Shown here piece after piece: positions 1 through 7,835 of a stretch of 26,138 nt of DNA; the first letter of the stretch is position 1, and each line of letters begins with the position of its first letter. The stretch lies in IMG/VR virus record IMGVR_UViG_3300037484_000448, positions 1-26,138 of that record; one strand, written 5' to 3'. This stretch comes from a virus. Its lineage: Duplodnaviria; Caudoviricetes. The translations under genes and the position numbers were made by a program. The notes below the pieces were generated by a model that saw only the letters and a list, made by a program, of their open reading frames with translations, was not told the DNA's origin and did not search any database.

Positions 1-37
1 AATTGCAGGCGGAGATTGATAGGAGGGCACGAAAATA

Positions 38-367
38 ATGAACGAGCCTATGTACGTCCGAGATGCCGCGGTGTTGGCTGAAGTGCTGGACGGGTATTTC
101 AAACCGGGAGCAAAGTCCGAAGCGGAGCTGAAGATTCGTACCTTCCTCCAGTCAGCAACCGCTGGACAAGACGAAGAAATCAAGCGAATGCAAGAGCTAG
201 TATGGGCGGCGGCGAAATTCGGAGTGTGCGACATCGTTCTAGGCGACTGCGAAACCGAATGGCCCGATGATTTGTGTGAGCGCCACGCAGACGCCTACCA
301 GGCGCTGAAGGTGCTCTGCCACAAGGAAGCCACGCTGCCGCATTACAGTCCGGAAGAGGAGAAATGA
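38..367 (+). CDS. Hypothetical phage protein
   Basis: 109-aa ORF; upstream AGGAGG; stop overlaps next start (ATGA). Confidence 0.7.
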   Translation: MNEPMYVRDAAVLAEVLDGYFKPGAKSEAELKIRTFLQSATAGQDEEIKRMQELVWAAAKFGVCDIVLGDCETEWPDDLCERHADAYQALKVLCHKEATLPHYSPEEEK

Positions 368-561
368 TGAAATACACAGTGACGCTGACGAAAGTGCTGG
401 AGGCGTGGTGGGGGATTGATGAGTTCCTCTCTGATTTAGGTGAAGAGTCTGTAGCGAAGCAGGATGCGGCGATCATTGACGAGTTACTACTCGAAGATAT
501 CCAGGGTGTTCTTGACGATGCCTCATGGACGATTACACGGGAGGAGGGAGAGGAGGAATGA
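364..561 (+). CDS. Hypothetical acidic phage protein
   Basis: GAGGAG RBS; ATGA overlaps at both ends. Confidence 0.75.
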   Translation: MMKYTVTLTKVLEAWWGIDEFLSDLGEESVAKQDAAIIDELLLEDIQGVLDDASWTITREEGEEE

Positions 562-764
562 ATTCATTTGTAGATCAGTTGGTGACGCGAGTGCGAGGAG
601 CCGGCGGAACGACTGGCGACTTCAACTTCGCGGCCGACATTCTGAATATGGCCGAGTACGAGGCGTCTTTGTGGACGAATCGGGCGGACGACGCTATCAG
701 AATCCCTGATGTGTTGGGCACGGCGGCCAAGATTCTGAGGGCATATGCGGAGGGCGAGCAATGA
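558..764 (+). CDS. Hypothetical phage protein
   Basis: Start moved to ATG 558 (GGAGGA RBS, ATGA overlap); MNSFVDQLV... Confidence 0.7.
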   Translation: MNSFVDQLVTRVRGAGGTTGDFNFAADILNMAEYEASLWTNRADDAIRIPDVLGTAAKILRAYAEGEQ

Positions 765-946
765 AGATTTCATCTAATGGCTACGTCCACGAGGCGCGAA
801 TTTCAATCGAATTGGTCCCTGAGACCGACGTGGAGAAGACTCTGCTCATCGCGTTGTGGCAGCATGGGACGATGGAGATCTGCTACGGACCGTCGTACTT
901 GATTACCCAGGGGAAGATTCCACCACGCAGTGGAGAGGAGAAGTGA
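761..946 (+). CDS. Hypothetical phage protein
   Basis: GGAGG RBS; ATGA overlap; ends ...GEEK. Confidence 0.7.
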   Translation: MKISSNGYVHEARISIELVPETDVEKTLLIALWQHGTMEICYGPSYLITQGKIPPRSGEEK

Positions 947-1293
947 TGAGCGACATAGCTAAACGATTGCGGGCATCCGTTGCGATAAATGCTGTCTACG
1001 GAAATAATGCGGATCGTAGCGTTGTGGAACGACAGATGGGAGAAGCAGCGGCCGAGATCGAGCGGCTGCGGGAGGAACTAGCCAGTGTCACAGCAGATCG
1101 CGACGAGCGAGCGGTGCAAAAAGGGGAAATGTTCGACGAGATCGAGCGGCTGCGTCGTGAGGGACCAGAGGATTTCACGGCAGATCTAGCCGTGCAGTTG
1201 GCGTTGGCGAAACACGAGATCGAGCGACTGCGGGCGGAGCTTCGCGAAGCGGCGCACGAAGCGGAGTGCCACGGACCAGTGGAGGAGAAGTAA
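946..1293 (+). CDS. Hypothetical coiled-coil phage protein with three EIERLR motifs
   Basis: Start at ATG 946 (TGATG overlap, GAGGAG RBS); AAAEIERLR-type motif x3. Confidence 0.75.
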   Translation: MSDIAKRLRASVAINAVYGNNADRSVVERQMGEAAAEIERLREELASVTADRDERAVQKGEMFDEIERLRREGPEDFTADLAVQLALAKHEIERLRAELREAAHEAECHGPVEEK

Positions 1294-1619
1294 TGGGCGT
1301 GAATCCGTACGAGCACGAGTGCGAGCATAATACGAGGTTCGTGTCGTACCCGGAAACCGGGCCTTCATTCTGCACGTTGTGCGAGATCGAGCGGCTGAAT
1401 GAGGAGCTGTCGGCTTGTACGTCGTCACCGGGCGGCTGCGGCTACTGGAGAAAATCCGCCAGGTTGCGAAGGGCTGAGCGGGACGAGGCGAGGGAAGCGG
1501 CTCGCAAATGTTACAACGGCATGTTACGCGAGGCAGACACGCGGATTGTGTGGCGAGACATATTCAAAGATCAGTGGCCGTGGCTGAAAGAGGAAGCGGT
1601 TCAACGAACCCGATTCTGA
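1293..1619 (+). CDS. Hypothetical Cys-rich phage protein
   Basis: TAATG overlap; GGAGGAG RBS; CEH...CxxC followed by EIERL. Confidence 0.7.
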   Translation: MGVNPYEHECEHNTRFVSYPETGPSFCTLCEIERLNEELSACTSSPGGCGYWRKSARLRRAERDEAREAARKCYNGMLREADTRIVWRDIFKDQWPWLKEEAVQRTRF

Positions 1620-1645
1620 TCTCGCACAACAAAAGGAGACGCAAG

Positions 1646-1816
1646 ATGACGTTTGAAACAGAGCTGACGCGGAGTATGATCGAACTGCAGCAGTCGCAGT
1701 TTACAGCTGACGTAGTGAAACAGAACGCGGAGCTACAAAATCAGTTGCATTTGGTGATGCAGCGGCTGTTGGACATTGTGGATAAGGCCGTGACACTAGA
1801 AACATCGCGGACGTAA
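1646..1816 (+). CDS. Hypothetical helical protein (56 aa)
   Basis: AAAAGGAG RBS before ATG 1646; MTFETELTRS... Confidence 0.65.
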   Translation: MTFETELTRSMIELQQSQFTADVVKQNAELQNQLHLVMQRLLDIVDKAVTLETSRT

Positions 1817-1917
1817 CCGAGCTTTAGGCTCCGAGAGGGGGTGATTACACTGACACCACCGAATCCACGTATTCTCCCGATAGAGGGGACGATCACTTGT
1901 CCAGGACCGTGGTTTCA

Positions 1918-1939
1918 GTGACCGCCGGGCAAGGCCCGG
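1918..1939 (+). repeat. 22-bp intergenic direct repeat, copy 1 (GTGACCGCCGGGCAAGGCCCGG)
   Basis: Exact copy at 15693-15714; contains hairpin CCGGGC-AAG-GCCCGG. Confidence 0.9.
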
Positions 1940-1965
1940 TGCATCGCTGACACAGGAGGTTTGTT

Positions 1966-2169
1966 ATGCGTGATACCAAGAGAAGGCAACAGGATGCTGG
2001 AGTCTACTTGCCAACCAGGCAGGCGATCGCCGCTGCGTGCTCGCGAGTTCACGAAAGTTGGAGCGAACGAGTGGCTGTCCAGCGGACAGTGCAGAGAACA
2101 GGTCCCGTCGAGGTTATGGTGATTCCCGTTACGAGAGAGATCGCCGAAGCTTTGGGTGATGCTGTCTAG
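1966..2169 (+). CDS. Small hypothetical protein (Y-x-PT...I...C...WS motif)
   Basis: Strong AGGAGGT RBS; 67 aa. Confidence 0.75.
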   Translation: MRDTKRRQQDAGVYLPTRQAIAAACSRVHESWSERVAVQRTVQRTGPVEVMVIPVTREIAEALGDAV

Positions 2170-2258
2170 CACAACCCTAGCAAACCAGGTAAAGTGCAGG
2201 TGGCGGCGGCTAGTCAACCACCATCCATATCTGAGTCAGAATCGAGTGTGATGCGAGG

Positions 2259-3938
2259 ATGATCGCCGAGAACGCCACGCTCAAGCCACTGGACTGGGGC
2301 GACCCGTTCACTTTCATCCGGGCCTGCTGGCCCGACATGCGGCTATATGAGAAACAGCGGGACATCATCGAGTCGGTCCGCGACAACCTGCAGACGTTCG
2401 TCCACGCCGCGAACGAGATGGGCAAGACGCGGGCGGCTGCTCTGGTCGCCATCTGGTGGCACGCCACCCGATCCCCGAGCCGCGTGATCCTGTTCTCCTC
2501 ATCGCAGGATCAGCTCAATCAGGCCCTCTGGCCCGAATTGAAGTCGCTCATCGCCACGTCGCGGGTGGCTTTTCCGTGGCGCATTGTCGAACACATCATC
2601 ACCAAGTATGCGGACGACCGCCGACAAGAGATTCTCCCCTTGGACAGGCTGGTGGCCCACGTGACGACCGAGGTCGAGCGGTTCCACGGCGTCCACTTGC
2701 CAGAGGACAGGCCGAGGATACTGGTGGTCTTCGACGAGGCGTCGGCCATCGCGGATGAGTTCATCGAGGCCGCCGAGTCGTTTGCCCATCGTATCCTGGT
2801 CATCGGCAACCCGCTCTCGAACACGAACTTCTTCTATCGCGGTTGCAAGGGCGGGGATCTGCAGAACCCGTCAGGGTCCGGTTTGCTGCGGCGGGTGATC
2901 CACATCGACGGCGACGACTCACCCAATGTCCAAGCCGGGAAGATCGCCGCCTCCAAGGGGGTGCAGGCTCCGCCGCCGATCATCCCGGGGCTGATGACCT
3001 TGGAGTGGATGCAACGGCGCCAGTCGATATGGGATGAAGAGACGGTCGTTCGTCGACTGCACGGCCGGTTCTTCGAGGGGATGCAGTCGATGCTCATCCC
3101 CTACGACTGGCTGGAGCACGCCATGTCTCCCGAGCGGTGGCGGGCATTCCAGATGACCGAGCGATCCGCTCTGGCGATGGGTGTAGACGTGGCCCAAGGC
3201 GGCCGAGACAAGACGGTCTGGACGGTCGTAGATCGGCGGGGAATCATCAAACAGATCCTGTCCGGTGATGGGGATGGCGTGATCATCGCCGAGCGAACCC
3301 TGGCTATGATGCACGAGCACGACCTGGCCCCGAGCCAGGTGGCCATGGATGCCGGAGGCGGAGGTAGCACAATAGCTGATATGCTCCGGCACGGCATCAG
3401 GGACCGAGTGACCGGTTCGATGGAGAACGCTCCCGTCCGTGTGGTACAATTCGGCGAGAGACCTGGATCGGACGACTCAGGCAGGGGTAAGGGGAAGCAC
3501 AAGCGGACGGCATGGTCGGACGTAGACCCGACCAAGGCGTACTGCAACCGGCGGGCGGAGATGTACGGGCGGCTGCGAGCGATGTTGAACCCTTGTCAGC
3601 CGGAAGGCATGGAGCCGTTCTTGCTTGGTCCCGATGCCTGGGAACTACGGAAGGAGCTGGCTCCAATCCCGCTGCTACATGACAATGAGGGGAGGATGCG
3701 GCTACCAAGCAAAGATGACGCACGAGCATCCCGTGCCGGAGAGACGAGCGTCACGAAACTGGTCGGGCATAGCCCTGATAGATCAGATTCCTTGGTACTG
3801 GCTCTACACGCGATGGCATACGGCCGCCAGAAGCCGAAGCCAATCAACATGGGAGCCATCGAGCTGAATCAGGACCGAATGGCCGAGATTCAGAAGAAGA
3901 TCGCCGAAGGAGTGGCCTCGCGGATGCGAGCCAGATAG
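2259..3938 (+). CDS. terL: Terminase large subunit
   Basis: Walker A-like AANEMGKT, Walker B LVVFDEAS, motif III IGNP, RNase H-like nuclease GVDVAQGGRD and C-terminal SPDRSDS; directly upstream of portal. Confidence 0.95.
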   Translation: MIAENATLKPLDWGDPFTFIRACWPDMRLYEKQRDIIESVRDNLQTFVHAANEMGKTRAAALVAIWWHATRSPSRVILFSSSQDQLNQALWPELKSLIATSRVAFPWRIVEHIITKYADDRRQEILPLDRLVAHVTTEVERFHGVHLPEDRPRILVVFDEASAIADEFIEAAESFAHRILVIGNPLSNTNFFYRGCKGGDLQNPSGSGLLRRVIHIDGDDSPNVQAGKIAASKGVQAPPPIIPGLMTLEWMQRRQSIWDEETVVRRLHGRFFEGMQSMLIPYDWLEHAMSPERWRAFQMTERSALAMGVDVAQGGRDKTVWTVVDRRGIIKQILSGDGDGVIIAERTLAMMHEHDLAPSQVAMDAGGGGSTIADMLRHGIRDRVTGSMENAPVRVVQFGERPGSDDSGRGKGKHKRTAWSDVDPTKAYCNRRAEMYGRLRAMLNPCQPEGMEPFLLGPDAWELRKELAPIPLLHDNEGRMRLPSKDDARASRAGETSVTKLVGHSPDRSDSLVLALHAMAYGRQKPKPINMGAIELNQDRMAEIQKKIAEGVASRMRAR

Positions 3939-3950
3939 GAGAGACGAACC

Positions 3951-5492
3951 ATGGACATCCGATGGATGACCGGCCTGTTCAAGAGGAAGGCCAAGACGCC
4001 GGCGCCAGAGAAGGCGACCGACAAGACCAGAGAGTTCGCCCGCATGGCCGTCCCCGCACAAGGGGCCAGGCCGATGCCAGCCGCCTGGGTGGTGGACCGG
4101 AACGAGTTCGTCCGGCACGTCAAGAACTCCGCCCACATCGCCATCGGCTGCATCGCACGACGCTGCGCCATGCAACCGCCGAACGTCGTCGTCCGAAAGG
4201 CGACCAAGAGCGGCTGGGAGGAGCAGGCCGCCCCGCTCGACCATCCGCTCGTCCAGCTCTTGGACCGCATCAACCCGATCCACACGCTCTACGACTACCT
4301 GTACTACACCGTCGGCTGGCGGCTGGCAACGGGCGACTCGTTCGCCTGGAAAGCCCGCAACTCACTTGGCATGACCGCCGAGCTGTGGCCGATCCCGTCG
4401 CAGTGGGTGCACGTCATCCCGAGCGAGAAGGAGTTCATCAGCCAGTACGTCGTAGAGGGCGTCTGGGGCAAGCCGGTCTATTGGGACGCCAGCGACATAC
4501 TCCACGTGTCTGACCCGAACCTCGACTGGAGCGGCACAGGCCGATACTATGGCAGGCCAACCCTTGCAGCAGCCGGGAGTTACGTCGACATCGAGGAGGC
4601 GATGCTCAAGCGGATGCTCTCCTGGTTCCAGAACTACTCACCCCCTGGGATGGTCTTCTCCGGGGCAGAGGGCATCGGGCCGCAGCAGATCTATGAGCTG
4701 TACGCGATCATGGCGGAGCAGCACGCGATGAACGAGACGAGCGGCCGCCCGTTCGTGGTCCCGGAGGGCTTCAAGTTGGAAACCGGGGCGATGACCAGCC
4801 CGAAGGAGATCGACTACGCCTCGCAGCTGGACACGACCCTGGAGCACATCCTGGCGATCTTCGGAGTGCCGAAGGCGATCGCCGGCATAGCGTCGGACTA
4901 CAACCGTGCGAACTTCCAGGCGAGCATGCTGGGTTTCGCGACGACGGTCGTCAACCCGCTATTGGAGCACTTGTCGCAGCACCACACTCAGAGCTTGGCC
5001 AGGGAGTTCGACGAGGACCTGCTGGTGCGGTTCGAACCGGTGACGGTAGACGACGCGGAGCAGATGCGGAAGAACTTCGAATCAGCGGCCCGGAGCGGGG
5101 CGGCGACGCCGAACGAGATCCGAGAGCACATGCTGACGCTGCCGGCGTTCCGCGCGGGCGGGGACCGGCCCCTGGTGCAGTCGGCACAGATTGAGGCGCC
5201 GTTCGGGAACGTCGACGAGAGCGAGCTGGAGGAGGACGAGGCTCCCGAGACGTCCCAGGACGGCCTAGGGGGCGACGGCCGAGATGTCGATAGGAAACCC
5301 GCCGAGGGGAACGGGAAGCCCCAGGAGGCCGGCGAGGACGACCAGGACGAGCAAACGGCGACCGCTAAGGTCGGCGGCAACGGCGACGGGCGTCTGGACC
5401 CGCAGCGGCAGCAGATCCTGGACACGGTGGCGATGCTGCTCAAGCGACGGCAGCAGTTCGCGGACGTTACCGCAAAGCGTGACAGGTTATAA
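3951..5492 (+). CDS. Phage portal protein, HK97 family
   Basis: Motifs LATGDSFAW, ELWPIPSQWV, ILHV, IFGVP..IAG...N.AN, TPNEIRE; acidic C-terminal tail; follows terL. Confidence 0.95.
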   Translation: MDIRWMTGLFKRKAKTPAPEKATDKTREFARMAVPAQGARPMPAAWVVDRNEFVRHVKNSAHIAIGCIARRCAMQPPNVVVRKATKSGWEEQAAPLDHPLVQLLDRINPIHTLYDYLYYTVGWRLATGDSFAWKARNSLGMTAELWPIPSQWVHVIPSEKEFISQYVVEGVWGKPVYWDASDILHVSDPNLDWSGTGRYYGRPTLAAAGSYVDIEEAMLKRMLSWFQNYSPPGMVFSGAEGIGPQQIYELYAIMAEQHAMNETSGRPFVVPEGFKLETGAMTSPKEIDYASQLDTTLEHILAIFGVPKAIAGIASDYNRANFQASMLGFATTVVNPLLEHLSQHHTQSLAREFDEDLLVRFEPVTVDDAEQMRKNFESAARSGAATPNEIREHMLTLPAFRAGGDRPLVQSAQIEAPFGNVDESELEEDEAPETSQDGLGGDGRDVDRKPAEGNGKPQEAGEDDQDEQTATAKVGGNGDGRLDPQRQQILDTVAMLLKRRQQFADVTAKRDRL

Positions 5493-5494
5493 AC

Positions 5495-5524
5495 TTACAA
5501 CTAATTCAAAAGTTGAATAAGTTG
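5495..5524. repeat. AT-rich imperfect palindrome, copy 1 (candidate operator/regulatory site)
   Basis: 26 of 31 aligned columns identical to the reverse complement of 13490-13520. Confidence 0.7.
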
Positions 5525-7627
5525 GCTGGAACACTCACAGAGCGACAAGAGCGGGAGGTGGCGTGCTGCTGCGGCCTGGAGCTGCAGGAGTTGGGGTTGC
5601 CGCTGGAGCTGCTGCCGGTGGCCCACGACGATGCCTGCTGGCTGGAGGGGCGGAGCCGGTTCGCGCCGACGCCGGACCTGGCCGCCTTGGTAGCGACCGG
5701 CTGCCTGGAGATCGAGCTGGAGGTCGTCAAGAGCGTCGAGGAGCACTTAGCCCTGCACGGCAAGTGGGAGGCGAAGGCGGCGGCGGCTCTGCACGCGGTG
5801 ATGAGGCGGATGCGGCGGGACGTAAAGCGGCGGATCTTAGACTTCCAGAGCACGGAGCCGACGACGGTGCTGCCGATCGGCCGATGGTGGCGAGCGGCGA
5901 TGGCGGCGGTGAACCCGAAGCTGGTCCGCGCGGCGATGGAGGCCGGCAAGCAGTCGCTGATGCGGCACAACGAGAAGCGGCCGCGGCTGCGGAAGAAGCT
6001 GGCCTACGACGACGCGGGCGACGTGCTGATCGATATACCGCCAGAGGCCCGGGCCGGCATGATCAACGGCATCGCGGAGACGATGGGCAAGGACTACTGG
6101 CTGAAGTGGGAGGAAACGACCAGGGCGATGGTGTTCCAGACGATCCAGTCCGGACTGGACCAGTATATGAACCTATTGCAGATCGCCGACCTGATGGATG
6201 ACGCCTGGCCGTTCGACTACAAGCGAGCGATGCTGGTGGCGAGGACGGAATGCACGACGGCGCTGAACTTCGGGCATTATGTGGTGAGCGAAGATCTGAT
6301 CAACGACCCGGAGTCAGCGGTGGACGGCCGTGAGTGGCTCTCGATCCTAGACGGGAGCACCAGGCCGGCCCATGCCGAGGCTAACGGCCAGCAGGTGGTC
6401 AAGCTGAAGAACGGGTCTTGGGTGGTGCGGCAGGACGACTCGGTGATCGGGGAGGGCCGGACGTTTATCGTTGGCGGCGAGCGAGCGAGGTTTCCTGGGG
6501 ATCCGACTCTTTCGGCAGGGAACCGCTGCAACTGCGTGCTGCCGCATGTCTCGGTGTCTGGGACGTTCGTCGGCGGGCTAAAAGGTTGGTACTCTGGCGA
6601 GGTGGTCGAGATCGTCACGAGGAAAGGACACCGGGCGACCTTGACGGTCAATCATCCCGTACTTTCCTCGACCGGACTCGTCGCGGCTGGCGAGCTGGCT
6701 GAAGGCGATCACGTGGTGTGCGAGCGACTCGATGCTGACGGGAGTCTTCCTGGGTGGGACGATGACGAAGAGCACGCACCAACCACATCCGAGCAACTCT
6801 TCGATTCTCTGTGCTCTCATGGAACCAAACGGACGGTAAGCCCAGTCTGCCTCGATCTCGACGGCGACGAGAGATTCTTCGTTGGCCAAGTCGAGCGTCC
6901 ACCTGCCGACTCGACATTGATGCTTGAAGCGGAACCCGAGCGATGCGAGTCGTTCGATCAAGGGTTGCTCATATCGACCGATAGGGCCGACGATCGTTCT
7001 GTTCGCGAGTCGTCTAGCCTTTACAGACTCATCATCTCGGGTCCCCCGCCTAGCGGCCCAAGCCTTCTGGAGCTGTCGTCGAGCCTTGTCGCGACGGTCT
7101 GCGACGGCGGCCCACTTGAGCATCTCTGCTTCGCTTCTGGAGCGAGTAGTAAGTCCCAGTCTTCGCAGTGCAAGCACTATCGCACTGCGGGCGATTTTAC
7201 AACGTCTGGACATCTCCAAGACGCTGATGCCTTCTCCGAACAACTGCCGTATGAGGTCGTCGTCTGTTCTTCGTCGGAGCGCCGCCGCGTCGGCGTTGCT
7301 TCTCAATGGAACATCCCGCTCCCGGAAGCGACGTTTGAGCGTAGGCCAACTGATGCCGGCATCTACGGCGAGTTTCTGCAGCGTCTCGCCAGTAAGATAT
7401 CGCTGGATGAGATCGTCAAAGTTCGTCACGGTCTTCATTGGTCGGGTCCTGTATATGACTTTGAGACACCGACATCATACTTCTCTGCTGGCGGAATTGC
7501 AATACGAAACTGTCGTTGTACGCTAGTGGACACGTTCGGTGGTGAGTTGCCGGAGGAAGAGTCGGAGGAACCCGTTTTGGCTGAACCGGTGGAGTCGGAG
7601 CTAGTGGAAGCGGAGGCCGTCGAATAG
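5513..7627 (+). CDS. Head morphogenesis / minor capsid protein (Mu gpF / SPP1 gp7 family), intein-containing precursor
   Basis: RAMLVARTE, REWLSILDGSTRPAH, FIVGG..ARFPGDP and NCRC motif (split by intein); follows portal; true start uncertain (TTG 5513 or GTG 5558). Confidence 0.9.
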   Translation: MNKLAGTLTERQEREVACCCGLELQELGLPLELLPVAHDDACWLEGRSRFAPTPDLAALVATGCLEIELEVVKSVEEHLALHGKWEAKAAAALHAVMRRMRRDVKRRILDFQSTEPTTVLPIGRWWRAAMAAVNPKLVRAAMEAGKQSLMRHNEKRPRLRKKLAYDDAGDVLIDIPPEARAGMINGIAETMGKDYWLKWEETTRAMVFQTIQSGLDQYMNLLQIADLMDDAWPFDYKRAMLVARTECTTALNFGHYVVSEDLINDPESAVDGREWLSILDGSTRPAHAEANGQQVVKLKNGSWVVRQDDSVIGEGRTFIVGGERARFPGDPTLSAGNRCNCVLPHVSVSGTFVGGLKGWYSGEVVEIVTRKGHRATLTVNHPVLSSTGLVAAGELAEGDHVVCERLDADGSLPGWDDDEEHAPTTSEQLFDSLCSHGTKRTVSPVCLDLDGDERFFVGQVERPPADSTLMLEAEPERCESFDQGLLISTDRADDRSVRESSSLYRLIISGPPPSGPSLLELSSSLVATVCDGGPLEHLCFASGASSKSQSSQCKHYRTAGDFTTSGHLQDADAFSEQLPYEVVVCSSSERRRVGVASQWNIPLPEATFERRPTDAGIYGEFLQRLASKISLDEIVKVRHGLHWSGPVYDFETPTSYFSAGGIAIRNCRCTLVDTFGGELPEEESEEPVLAEPVESELVEAEAVE
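6578..7438 (-). CDS. Putative homing endonuclease (2x HTH + DUF559/Vsr-like PD-(D/E)XK domain) encoded antisense inside the intein
   Basis: Two HTH-like repeats (GETLQKLAVDAGISWPTLKRRF; GISVLEMSRRCKIARSAIVLAL); E..L...GFRFKHQCRVGRWTLD...VAVEIE...LLGCGWCVL; AGGA RBS 8 nt upstream of ATG. Confidence 0.85.
   Translation of the reverse strand: MKTVTNFDDLIQRYLTGETLQKLAVDAGISWPTLKRRFRERDVPLRSNADAAALRRRTDDDLIRQLFGEGISVLEMSRRCKIARSAIVLALRRLGLTTRSRSEAEMLKWAAVADRRDKARRQLQKAWAARRGTRDDESVKARRLANRTIVGPIGRYEQPLIERLASLGFRFKHQCRVGRWTLDLANEESLVAVEIEADWAYRPFGSMRAQRIEELLGCGWCVLFVIVPPRKTPVSIESLAHHVIAFSQLASRDESGRGKYGMIDRQGRPVSFPRDDLDHLARVPTF
7474..7502 (-). promoter_or_regulatory. Sigma70-like promoter for the antisense endonuclease
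   Basis: Minus strand reads TTGCAA (7502-7497), 17 nt, TATGAT (7479-7474); -10 ends 35 nt before ATG 7438. Confidence 0.65.
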
Positions 7628-7642
7628 CGACGGAGTAGGTTC

Positions 7643-7831
7643 ATGGCTCAAGTGCCGAGCGTCGTGAAGGTACGGGTGGTGGTGACGAACATCAAGGCGG
7701 TGCGAAGGTTCGCTGAAGCCTACGAGGCAATCAGGCAGGCGACCGAAGACTACCCATGGAGCGAGGACCTGAAAGAAGCTTGCCGCAACCTAAAGTACGT
7801 CGCGAAGCAAATGGAGATAACCGAGGAGTGA
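7643..7831 (+). CDS. Hypothetical protein (62 aa)
   Basis: GGAGTAGG upstream; GC3-rich codons; co-oriented. Confidence 0.7.
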   Translation: MAQVPSVVKVRVVVTNIKAVRRFAEAYEAIRQATEDYPWSEDLKEACRNLKYVAKQMEITEE

Positions 7832-7835
7832 CGGC

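Larger units (their letters stand above)
6533..7510 (+). mobile_element. Intein (326 aa) inserted in the N|CRC motif of the gpF-like protein
   Basis: Starts with Cys (CVLPHVSV); block B TVNHPV (TxxH); block F VYDFET; ends IRN followed by +1 Cys; removal restores GNRCN-CRCTLV. Confidence 0.92.

Noticed and set aside
1817-1965. Possible tRNA in the intergenic gap
   Set aside because: No T-loop GTTC motif or cloverleaf with a 7-bp acceptor stem; kept only as a candidate structured leader
2259-3938. Intein in the terminase (a common insertion site)
   Set aside because: Length and motif spacing are normal; no Hint motifs
5563-6201. 212-aa alternate-frame ORF after GGAGGTG
   Set aside because: RBS spacing too short (2 nt) and low-complexity Gly/Ala/Arg translation; the gpF frame has the codon bias
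6924-7526. 200-aa + strand ORF inside the intein (third overlapping frame)
   Set aside because: Ser/Arg-rich, no motifs, no RBS; shadow of the antisense gene
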